Shown piece after piece: positions 17,997 to 25,962 of a stretch of 64,000 bases of DNA. How positions within the stretch are numbered: the stretch's first letter is position 1; the number at the start of each line of letters is the position of its first letter. Position numbers and translations under genes: made by a program. The notes under the pieces are model-generated. The model saw only the letters and a list, made by a program, of their open reading frames with translations. It made no database searches and was not told where the DNA came from. Origin of the DNA: Candidatus Omnitrophota bacterium (lineage in GTDB: Bacteria > Omnitrophota > Omnitrophia > Omnitrophales > Aquincolibacteriaceae); contig JAYTHE010000029.1 in NCBI GenBank assembly GCA_043732705.1, positions 3,251 through 67,250 on the forward strand, read 5' to 3'.

Positions 17997-20657
17997 TTAG
18001 AAGCCGCGGCTCAAACTAAACTCAAACCGCCCGTTTTGATTTTTAGTATCTTTATTGAAAATCGGATACCCGTAATAAAGCGCGATCGGGCCGAGCGGTG
18101 TTTTAACTTTAATACCCGGCCCAACACTGGTTGAAAAATCGCTGAAGTTAAATTTAAAAGTTCCACGATTAACATTGCCCGCATCGATAAATACGACACC
18201 ACGCATAATATCCAGAAAAGGCACCGGAAATGTGTAATCAAGGTTAAAAATAGCCATGGATTGTCCGCCCACTGCGTTACCATTTTCAATGGGACCCACG
18301 CGACGATAATTAAAACCGCGAACAGAACCCAAACCACCGGCATAAAAACGGTCGAACACGGGAACCTCTTTCGTACCGCCCAAACTATCCGAAATACCAA
18401 GGCGCGCACCGGCTTCGATCGAGTGCTTTTTCCAAATTTGGATAAACTTGGTATAGTTTGTGTTCAAAATATAATAGTCTGCGTCACCGCCGAGGAAAGT
18501 CCCAATCAATTCGGCATTAATTCCCGCCTGGCTGCCTTTTGTGGGCGCAAAATAATTATCACGTGAATCATAAGTCGTGAAAGTTTTAAGCCTGGAAAGC
18601 AAGGTGTTGCCTTCATAATCACGCACAGTTTGCGGTGCATCCGCCGAAAGATTTTTCAATTTAACTTGTTCCATTGTGTAGCCGCCGCCAACACGGAACA
18701 GATCTTTGATCAGCTTGGAAATCGTAAAGCCCGCGCCTAAACGTGTTTCATCAAAATCAACATTGGTGTTATCGCGAAAATTATCGTAAACATCCAAACC
18801 AAAAGCGTAAGGTTTTCCAAAAAGATACGGTTCCACAAAGCTAAATGCGAAGTTACGGCTGATTGTGCCCACACGCGCGCGCAACGACACCGACTGTCCG
18901 CCGCCGGTGAAACGGGGAAAATTAAAAAGATCAAAGTTCTTTTGCGAAATTTCGGCAAACCCGAGGAAGCGGTCGATTGAGCTCACGCCGCCGCCAAATG
19001 AAAGTTCACCGGTGCGTTTTTCTTTGACACGGAAAACAAGGTCTTTGCGGTTGGGTTCGGTTTCTGAAGGAACGGTGTCGTAAGTGACATCTTCAAAGTA
19101 ATTCAGGTTGTCGAGACGCTCCTTTGATTTTTTGATTTTATCGCCGTCAAAACGGTCGCCGGGACGAATGCGCAGCTCGCGGCGAATAACCTGATCGCGG
19201 GTTTTCGTATTGCCGCGCACGACAACCTTATCTACGAAATAAAGATCGCCTTCGACGATTTCATAAAGCACGTCCACTTTACCGTTTTCTTTATTCAGCT
19301 GAATATCGGGGATGACGCGCGCGTCCATATATCCGCGCTCATTATAAAAAGCACGGAGCTTTTCAACATCCTGCGCGATGTAATACTGTGAATAAGTCAA
19401 ACCGGGCAGCATTTCCAGCTCCTGCCAGAGCTCGGATTCGGGGAAAAGCTGGTTGCCTTTAAACTTGACCTCACCCGTCATATATTTCTGGCCTTCTTCA
19501 ATCAAAACTTTAATGGCCATATCATGTGTTTTCTCGTCATAAGCAAACTCAGGCGCGACTTTAACGTCTAAAAAACCTTCTTTCTGATACTGAAAATAAA
19601 TGCGTTCAAGGTCCTGGTCAAATTCATCTTCTTTAAAGGTTCCGAATAAAAACCACTTACGCGGCTTATTTTTCATAAGCTTTAAAAGCTCTTTACTCTT
19701 AAAGCTTTTATTGCCTTCGAAAACAACTTTCCCGATTTTGTATTTCTTGCCTTCCTCAATTTTAATTTTAATTGTCGCTTGGCCCGCAGCCATATCCTTC
19801 TGAACGTCTTGTTTAACTTCAATAAACCGGAAGCCTTTTTTCTCATAAAGCTTCTTAATTTCTTCAACGCCCTTATTAAGTTTGTTTTCGTCAATGACTT
19901 CGCCTTCCACAAGCCCGAGCGTTTTGCGGATTTTTTCATCTTTAAAAACCGTATGTCCGGAAATTTGAATTTCTTTGATCACCGGTTTTTCAACCACAGT
20001 CACATAAATTTTGAAACCATCCGGAAGCTCATCCAGCTTCACTTGGATATCATCAAAATATCCGGCGGCATAAAGACGCTTGATATCATCATTCACGGTT
20101 TGTTGGCGTAAAATCGCGCCTTTCCGCGTGCGCATTTTCGAAAAAATCGTTTGGGTACTGATAATCTGATTTCCAATAATTTCAACCGCGATTACTTTTT
20201 TCTCCGCTTTGTCCGGAGCCGGCGCAGACATTGTTTTGGGTTTTGCCGCCGGTTGAGCCGCAGGCTCAGAGGAAGAACTTTGATTGACCGCAGGCTGAGA
20301 GGACGCTGCCGGTGTTGCAGCCGCAGCAGGAGGTGCTTGAGTTTGCGGTGCAGGCGGAGCAATCGCCGTGCTTGAGGCTGTCGGTAAACTGTTGGATTCC
20401 GTTACAGGACGATCGGCAGCGGGCGCAGAGTCCTTCTTGTCGCCGGCATCCTGCGCTACAGCCAATTGAATATTGAGACTATAAATTAAGACAATTACAG
20501 AAAGGGAAAAGGCAAGAATACTGCGGGCAGCCTGGCGATTGCGCCGGCGGCTTAAAAATAATACGGTGTTATTCCGGCTGTTTCGCAGGAACTGAGCGAG
20601 AAAAACACCACGTTGATTGAACCAACGACTCAGAGACCCAATAATACGGCGTATCAT
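17997..20657 (-). CDS. bamA: Outer membrane protein assembly factor BamA, with a long Pro/Ala/Ser/Gln-rich low-complexity insert after the signal anchor
   Basis: POTRA repeats and a C-terminal 16-strand barrel ending ...RFEFSLSRGF (aromatic C-terminus). The N-terminal roughly 100-aa linker is low-complexity and contains an in-frame REP-like element. Confidence 0.85.
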   Translation of the reverse strand: MIRRIIGSLSRWFNQRGVFLAQFLRNSRNNTVLFLSRRRNRQAARSILAFSLSVIVLIYSLNIQLAVAQDAGDKKDSAPAADRPVTESNSLPTASSTAIAPPAPQTQAPPAAAATPAASSQPAVNQSSSSEPAAQPAAKPKTMSAPAPDKAEKKVIAVEIIGNQIISTQTIFSKMRTRKGAILRQQTVNDDIKRLYAAGYFDDIQVKLDELPDGFKIYVTVVEKPVIKEIQISGHTVFKDEKIRKTLGLVEGEVIDENKLNKGVEEIKKLYEKKGFRFIEVKQDVQKDMAAGQATIKIKIEEGKKYKIGKVVFEGNKSFKSKELLKLMKNKPRKWFLFGTFKEDEFDQDLERIYFQYQKEGFLDVKVAPEFAYDEKTHDMAIKVLIEEGQKYMTGEVKFKGNQLFPESELWQELEMLPGLTYSQYYIAQDVEKLRAFYNERGYMDARVIPDIQLNKENGKVDVLYEIVEGDLYFVDKVVVRGNTKTRDQVIRRELRIRPGDRFDGDKIKKSKERLDNLNYFEDVTYDTVPSETEPNRKDLVFRVKEKRTGELSFGGGVSSIDRFLGFAEISQKNFDLFNFPRFTGGGQSVSLRARVGTISRNFAFSFVEPYLFGKPYAFGLDVYDNFRDNTNVDFDETRLGAGFTISKLIKDLFRVGGGYTMEQVKLKNLSADAPQTVRDYEGNTLLSRLKTFTTYDSRDNYFAPTKGSQAGINAELIGTFLGGDADYYILNTNYTKFIQIWKKHSIEAGARLGISDSLGGTKEVPVFDRFYAGGLGSVRGFNYRRVGPIENGNAVGGQSMAIFNLDYTFPVPFLDIMRGVVFIDAGNVNRGTFKFNFSDFSTSVGPGIKVKTPLGPIALYYGYPIFNKDTKNQNGRFEFSLSRGF
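20249..20272. repeat. REP-like element R3 (CCGGTTGAGC-cgca-GGCTCAGAGG) embedded in-frame in the bamA low-complexity linker. It is followed by a half-copy CCGCAGGCTGAGAGG.
   Basis: Read directly; it translates on the minus strand as SSEPAAQPA within the Pro/Ala-rich region. Confidence 0.65.
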
Positions 20658-22030
20658 ATCGTAACTTCTTGCTCCCTTGAAAATTCGGGATTATCAAACC
20701 GCGTCCACTCTTTTAAGAAAACCAGCGGAACCGTGCCCGTGGGACCATTACGCTGTTTAGCGATGATCGCTTCGGCGCGATTACGATTTTCTTCTGTCGG
20801 ATTATAATATTCTTCGCGAAAAAGAAATACAACAACGTCCGCGTCCTGCTCGATCGCACCGGACTCGCGCAAATCCGAAAGCTGCGGTTTGTTTCCCTGA
20901 CGAGCTTCTACCGCGCGCGAAAGCTGACTGACGGCAATAACAGGAACTTTTAATTCACGCGCCAACGCTTTAAGCGAACGCGAAATCGCGGAAATTTCCT
21001 GCTGACGGCTTTCAACTTGCCCGCCCATGTGCATCAACTGAAGGTAATCTATCACAACCATTTGAATTCCGTATCGCATTTTCAAGCGTCTGGCTTTCGC
21101 GCGGATTTCAAGCACGGTTTGACCCGGCGAATCATCGATATAAAGCGGTGCTTCGGAAAGTTTGCCCGCGGCCTGCGTCAACTTCGGCCAATCCTGATGC
21201 GACAAATATCCCGTGCGGACTTTTTGAGCATCCACGCGCGCAAAAGAACACAACATACGCTGCACGAGCTGTTCTTTACTCATTTCAAGCGAGAAAAAAG
21301 CCACCGGCTTTTTGAGATTGACCGCGGCATGTTCGCATAAAGCTGTCGTGAAAGCCGATTTACCCATTGAAGGACGGCCGGCGATAATAATTAAATCGGA
21401 AGGCTGCAATCCAGCGGTCTTTGTATCAAATTCATGAAAACCTGTCGCAAGTCCTGTGACATGTTCTTTGCGTTGAAAAAGCTGATCGATGGTTTCCATC
21501 GTATTGTGAATGATGTCACGCATCGCGTAGGCTTTGCCTTCGATTTGATCTTGTCCGATATCAAAAATGGCGCGCTCGGCTTTATCAATTACGTTGCGTG
21601 CATCCTGAGCAGGATCAAAACTTTCCTGAACAATCGTGGTCGCGGATTGAATCAACATACGCAGCAACGCGCGCTCTTTTACGATTTTTGCGTAATGCTG
21701 AATATTGGCAGCAGTCGGCACCGCCGCCGTAAGTTGAGTTAAATAAACCGCGCCACCCGCTCCCTCAAGTTGTCCGCGTTTACGGAGCTCTTCGGAAACC
21801 GTGACTAAATCAGCAGGCTGGTTGCGGTCAAAAAGAGTTTGGAGAACAGAAAAAATTTGAGAGTGGGAAGTTTCGTAGAAGTAGTCGGGCTTGAGAATTT
21901 CAATCGCCAGTGTCAACGCATTCTCATCAAAGAGCATCGAGCCAATAACGCTCATCTCAGCTTCACGGCTGTGCGGCGGAACCTTTTCGAGATTTTGAAC
22001 CGAACCGCCGGCAATGTTACGTTCGGCCAT
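20654..22030 (-). CDS. dnaB: Replicative DNA helicase
   Basis: A 458-aa ORF with Walker A GRPSMGKSAF and the DnaB N-terminal domain. The stop overlaps the bamA start (ATGA). Confidence 0.9.
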   Translation of the reverse strand: MAERNIAGGSVQNLEKVPPHSREAEMSVIGSMLFDENALTLAIEILKPDYFYETSHSQIFSVLQTLFDRNQPADLVTVSEELRKRGQLEGAGGAVYLTQLTAAVPTAANIQHYAKIVKERALLRMLIQSATTIVQESFDPAQDARNVIDKAERAIFDIGQDQIEGKAYAMRDIIHNTMETIDQLFQRKEHVTGLATGFHEFDTKTAGLQPSDLIIIAGRPSMGKSAFTTALCEHAAVNLKKPVAFFSLEMSKEQLVQRMLCSFARVDAQKVRTGYLSHQDWPKLTQAAGKLSEAPLYIDDSPGQTVLEIRAKARRLKMRYGIQMVVIDYLQLMHMGGQVESRQQEISAISRSLKALARELKVPVIAVSQLSRAVEARQGNKPQLSDLRESGAIEQDADVVVFLFREEYYNPTEENRNRAEAIIAKQRNGPTGTVPLVFLKEWTRFDNPEFSREQEVTI

Positions 22031-22152
22031 AAATCACCCAGAGAAATTTAGCGCGCCTCGACGAGACTTGGCGCGCATTCATAAAACTATTATTATTTAT
22101 TTGCTGCGTATCGCGATTGCGCCCCAAAGTCACAATCGCCTGAAATATTTTG

Positions 22153-22195
22153 CTCTGCGCTACGCGCAACCGCCGGTTGGGCCAAAGCCCAGAGG
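22153..22195. repeat. Two adjacent REP-like R3 copies in opposite orientation (CTCTGCGC-tac-GCGCAACCG followed by CCGGTTGGGC-caaa-GCCCAGAGG), between rplI and dnaB
   Basis: Read directly. Confidence 0.65.
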
Positions 22196-22212
22196 CATTA
22201 TATTTACTGTGA

Positions 22213-22671
22213 TTACGCAGGCTGCGGCTCGCCAACAACCTCAACCGTAACCTTAGCCTTGACCTGCGGATAAACTTCGACTTCTACAATATGGGTTCCG
22301 AGCGTCTTGATCGGCTCTTCCATCTGTATTTGTTTCTTGTCCACTTTATGGCCTTTTTTACGGGAAATGTTATCTGCAATTTGTTCCGCGGTTATCGAAC
22401 CGAAAAGTTTGTCGCCCGCGCCGATCTTGGCGGTGATCACAACTTTGATGCGTTCAAGTGATTTCACGGTTTCTTCCGCGGCCGCTCTTTCTTTGGTGCG
22501 GCGGGCTTCAACGCGTACGCGCTGTTCTTCAATAAACACGCGGTTAGCGCGAGTCGCGGGAAGAGCGTAGTGGCGAGGAATTAAATAATTGCGTCCAAAG
22601 CCGTCGCGAACTTTAACGACGTCGCCTTTTCTGCCAACATGCGGTACATTTTGAATCAATAACAATTCCAT
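22213..22671 (-). CDS. rplI: 50S ribosomal protein L9
   Basis: Begins MELLLIQNVPHVGRKGDVVKVRDGFGRNYLIP. The start is chosen at this Met rather than the upstream in-frame Met of the tracked ORF. Confidence 0.85.
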   Translation of the reverse strand: MELLLIQNVPHVGRKGDVVKVRDGFGRNYLIPRHYALPATRANRVFIEEQRVRVEARRTKERAAAEETVKSLERIKVVITAKIGAGDKLFGSITAEQIADNISRKKGHKVDKKQIQMEEPIKTLGTHIVEVEVYPQVKAKVTVEVVGEPQPA

Positions 22672-22727
22672 GGCCGAACTCCTTCTGTAATCCTCTTGCT
22701 CTACGCTAAAGCGCAACCGCATCAGTA

Positions 22728-22748
22728 CGGTTGGGGCGAAGCCCAGAG
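22728..22748. repeat. REP-like element R3 (CGGTTGGGGC-gaa-GCCCAGAG), between rpsR and rplI
   Basis: Family consensus. Confidence 0.65.
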
Positions 22749-22765
22749 TTAAATAAAACTGCGAA

Positions 22766-23056
22766 TCAGTAGACTTGAAACGGCATTAAAGCAGCATGCC
22801 GGGCTTTGCGGATCAACTTCTTCAAAGCGCGTTGATCTTTCGCGTTCAAACGCGTAATACGGCGAGGCAAAATCTTGCCCTTTTCCGTCACAAACTTCAT
22901 AAGCAGTTCCGTGTCCTTATAATCGTAAGTCGGAATCGGACGAACGCCGCGCGGCATTCCCATACCACCGCCCATACGGTCGAAATCCCCGCGGGGCTTT
23001 CTGTCTTTCTTAAACTTGCTGTCTTTGCTGTTGCTTCTTTTGCGCGGCTCTGGCAT
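22766..23056 (-). CDS. rpsR: 30S ribosomal protein S18
   Basis: C-terminal core [42 protein letters not shown]. Start at MPEPRKR. Confidence 0.85.
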   Translation of the reverse strand: MPEPRKRSNSKDSKFKKDRKPRGDFDRMGGGMGMPRGVRPIPTYDYKDTELLMKFVTEKGKILPRRITRLNAKDQRALKKLIRKARHAALMPFQVY

Positions 23057-23135
23057 TTTCAACTATCTCCCTTAATCTTTTTGTTATTGCGGTTGCGGTT
23101 GTTCGCCTGCGGCGAACAGAGCAAAAATATTACTG

Positions 23136-23651
23136 TCAAAACGGAACGTCTTCGTCCGGCTTCAACTCATCCGCTGAAAGTGATCCGGCGCCTCGGGCAC
23201 CTTTACCACTCGAAGCAGCGCTTCCCGCACTCGGAAAAGAATCCGTATCTTCAAAAATCGCTTCATCCGCACCTTCGGTTGAAGGCTCAGCGCCGCGTGC
23301 CGCGCCCGCTTGACCTTGACCGCGGGGCAAGAACTGAACATTCTGCGCCACAACTTCGATCGTTGAACGCTTCGTACCATCCTGGCCTTCCCAACTGCGA
23401 CTTTGCATACGGCCTTCCACAAAAACCGGACTGCCCTTTTTTAAATATTCATTGCAAATTTCCGCAAGACGCGCCCACACCACCACGCGCACATAACTGA
23501 CTTCTTCTTTTTTTTCGCCGGTTTGTGAATTATAAACCCGGTTCATCGCAATCGAAAAGCTTGTGACGGGTTGCCCTGAAGGCAAATAACGCAATTCGGG
23601 ATCGCGTGTTAAATTTCCCATCAAAAAAACTTTATTCAGACTTGCGGCCAT
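23136..23651 (-). CDS. ssb: Single-stranded DNA-binding protein
   Basis: OB-fold N-terminus (NKVFLMGNLTRDPELRY), a Gly-rich tail and an acidic C-terminus DEDVPF. Confidence 0.85.
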   Translation of the reverse strand: MAASLNKVFLMGNLTRDPELRYLPSGQPVTSFSIAMNRVYNSQTGEKKEEVSYVRVVVWARLAEICNEYLKKGSPVFVEGRMQSRSWEGQDGTKRSTIEVVAQNVQFLPRGQGQAGAARGAEPSTEGADEAIFEDTDSFPSAGSAASSGKGARGAGSLSADELKPDEDVPF

Positions 23652-23653
23652 TT

Positions 23654-24019
23654 TTAATCCCTTCCGTAGCCTTCGCGGCCATAGCCTGCGCCGGCAAAAC
23701 CATTATCATCGGATTTGAAAAACTTAGGCACCGGCTTCTTGGAAGGCGGAAAGGTCAGCGTAAAAGAAAGCAGCTTAGTTTCCATCTCAAGCGCTTTTCT
23801 GAAAGCATCAGCCTGATTAGGGTTCATTTGATAAGTCACGGCAAAAACTTTACCATCGGCAAGCTTCTTGAGCTTATAACCCAAGCGGCGCGTACCTACA
23901 TCCACGATTTGGTCCACAACGCCTTCAAAACGCTGGATCCAACCTGTTACTTCAGCGGCCACGTTTTCAGCGGCGGCAACTTCAACAGAAAAAATAAAAA
24001 GACCTTCGTATACTTTCAT
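23654..24019 (-). CDS. rpsF: 30S ribosomal protein S6
   Basis: Begins MKVYEGLFIFS. AAGGAG sits 9 nt upstream of this ATG; an upstream in-frame ATG at 24040 lacks an RBS. Confidence 0.8.
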   Translation of the reverse strand: MKVYEGLFIFSVEVAAAENVAAEVTGWIQRFEGVVDQIVDVGTRRLGYKLKKLADGKVFAVTYQMNPNQADAFRKALEMETKLLSFTLTFPPSKKPVPKFFKSDDNGFAGAGYGREGYGRD

Positions 24020-24296
24020 TCCACTTAACTCCTTACTCAAACTTGATCAAAATAACAAAAAAAATGCCAAATCTTTTAAAAACCACCCGGTTCCGACCGC
24101 TGCCAGAGAAAAAAAAATGGTCAAAACCATTTCGTCTGAAAGAAGCACGCGATTTTCGGTGAAAAAGGTTGGGTAATTTAACACGATCACCAAGGGGACG
24201 CAATAGGGAAAATCAACTTCGCTCAAAGGCAAAAAGCTTGATAAGCCCGCCGACTCTGTTCAGGATTTCATTTTTAGCTTGCGATCTCTAATGCTA

Positions 24297-24908
24297 TTAA
24301 TCGCTATGATTTTTTATATTCATGGCATTCGCCGCAGCAGCAAAAGACTTTTCCACCCATAATTTGCAGGCTTGGGTTGTTTTAGAGAAAACATCCTTCA
24401 GCTGCTTTTCCTGCTCGGGCTTCAGCTTTTCCAGCACGTAGTCTTCCAAAGGTTTCCCGGCCAGAAAATCATTAATCGAATCGCAGGCATTAATATGATC
24501 ACCCACACCGATTTTGATGCGTTGATATTTTGAATGTCCTAAAGCCTGTTCAACCGAAGTCAATCCATTATGCCCGCCCGCGCTTCCGGAGGTCCGCAAA
24601 CGAATCGATCCGAAAGGAATTGCAACGTCATCTGAAACGACAAGCAAATCTTTATCGGTTTGAATTTTATAATAATCACAAATCAAACGGACGGCCTCGC
24701 CTGAAAGATTCATGAAAGTATTCGGATACGCGATTAAAATTTTATCCGTTGGTGTACTCCAACTGCAAATCGAAGCTTTGAGATTGGAATCGGATTGAAA
24801 AGACAAACGCTCGGTTTCTGCCAAAGCAGTTACCGAGCGTTTACCAATATTGTGACGCGTTAAATCGTATTGCGTCCCAGGATTTCCTAAACCGACGATC
24901 AATCTCAT
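24297..24908 (-). CDS. pth: Peptidyl-tRNA hydrolase
   Basis: N-terminus MRLIVGLGNPGTQYDLTRHNIG and catalytic His in the canonical position. Confidence 0.9.
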   Translation of the reverse strand: MRLIVGLGNPGTQYDLTRHNIGKRSVTALAETERLSFQSDSNLKASICSWSTPTDKILIAYPNTFMNLSGEAVRLICDYYKIQTDKDLLVVSDDVAIPFGSIRLRTSGSAGGHNGLTSVEQALGHSKYQRIKIGVGDHINACDSINDFLAGKPLEDYVLEKLKPEQEKQLKDVFSKTTQACKLWVEKSFAAAANAMNIKNHSD

Positions 24909-24922
24909 ATTTTATATTCTAA

Positions 24923-24947
24923 CTCTGCGGTTGGGCGCAGCCCAGAG
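24923..24947. repeat. REP-like element R3 (CTCTGCGGTTGGGC-gca-GCCCAGAG), between L25 and pth
   Basis: Family consensus. Confidence 0.65.
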
Positions 24948-24985
24948 CAAATATAAATTAAAGTAATAAAGAGCTTTGCTCTTTA

Positions 24986-25723
24986 TTACTTCTTGTCTGT
25001 CTTCGGAGCAGCAGGAGCAGCGGCTTTTGCACCACCTGCGGGAGCAGCACCTTTGGCGCCTGCAGCAGGAGGAGTGTCGCCTTCATCCTTCTTCTTCGCT
25101 GTCAGAACTTCCGGTTCTTTAGCGCCGTCTTCAGCGGGCTTCGGCTCTTCTTCTGCCTTCTGTGCGTGAAGCGCAACGAGAACTTCGTCGACAGGAAAAT
25201 CAGTTGTTGCGCCTTCAGGCAGCTTAATGTCTTTCAAGTGAATCGCGTCGCCAATATTCATGCCCCTTACGTCAATTTCAATAAAATCAGGAATTTGTGT
25301 CGGTAAACATTCGATTTCAATTTCGTGATGCACAAGATCCAAACTTCCGCCGGCTTTGACACCGGGAGCAAGATCCGCGCCCTTCATCTTCAAACGAACA
25401 CTAACTTCGATTTTTTCAGTCAATGAAATCACCATAAAATCAATGTGATTGATTTTGTCGGTAACGGGATTGGTTTGATAATCTTTTACGCGGCAGGTGC
25501 TTTCTTTAAGCTTCACGCCTTCAACCTGTAATTGGAACAAAATGTTAAGACCATGTTCCGTGCGAATGGCTTTATTAAAAATCTTATCGTTCACAGAAAT
25601 TGGCAGTGCTTGCATACCGTGACCATAAACAATGGCTGGAATTGCTTCGGCGCGGCGTGTGTCTTCGGCGCCTTTGGTGCCTAATTTCGTGCGTGGTTTG
25701 GCTTGTAGTTCAATCGTTTCCAT
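24986..25723 (-). CDS. rplY: 50S ribosomal protein L25 / general stress protein Ctc, with an Ala/Lys/Pro-rich C-terminal tail
   Basis: Begins METIELQAKPRTKLGTKGAEDTRRAEAIPAIVYG. Confidence 0.8.
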   Translation of the reverse strand: METIELQAKPRTKLGTKGAEDTRRAEAIPAIVYGHGMQALPISVNDKIFNKAIRTEHGLNILFQLQVEGVKLKESTCRVKDYQTNPVTDKINHIDFMVISLTEKIEVSVRLKMKGADLAPGVKAGGSLDLVHHEIEIECLPTQIPDFIEIDVRGMNIGDAIHLKDIKLPEGATTDFPVDEVLVALHAQKAEEEPKPAEDGAKEPEVLTAKKKDEGDTPPAAGAKGAAPAGGAKAAAPAAPKTDKK

Positions 25724-25920
25724 TTTTATTCTCCTTAAGTTACGCTCCTGACCTGCGGCAGGCAGGTGCCCGCACGTGGTTAGAAGCCCGCTCCCCATCG
25801 ATTCGCAGTCATTTTTTTCTCTGCACCAAAAGGTACAACTGCATGGATCTACTCAGAGCGAAAATGAGCCGGAATGATAGCGAATCTCTTTGTCGCCGTC
25901 TACTAGATTTATGCCCGCCA

Positions 25921-25947
25921 CCTTGTACACATCGGATGTGTACAAGG
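25921..25947. repeat. 27-bp perfect palindrome CCTTGTACACATCGGATGTGTACAAGG, family R4, copy 1
   Basis: Read directly, 16 nt 3' of the giant-gene stop. A second copy with one mismatch is at 46279..46305. Confidence 0.8.
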
Positions 25948-25962
25948 TTAGTTTGGGCTGTT

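Noticed and set aside
24047-24232. 61-aa hydrophobic ORF in the rpsF upstream region
   Set aside because: No RBS, no homology-like features, and it lies in the promoter/leader of the rpsF operon on the same strand. It is considered spurious.
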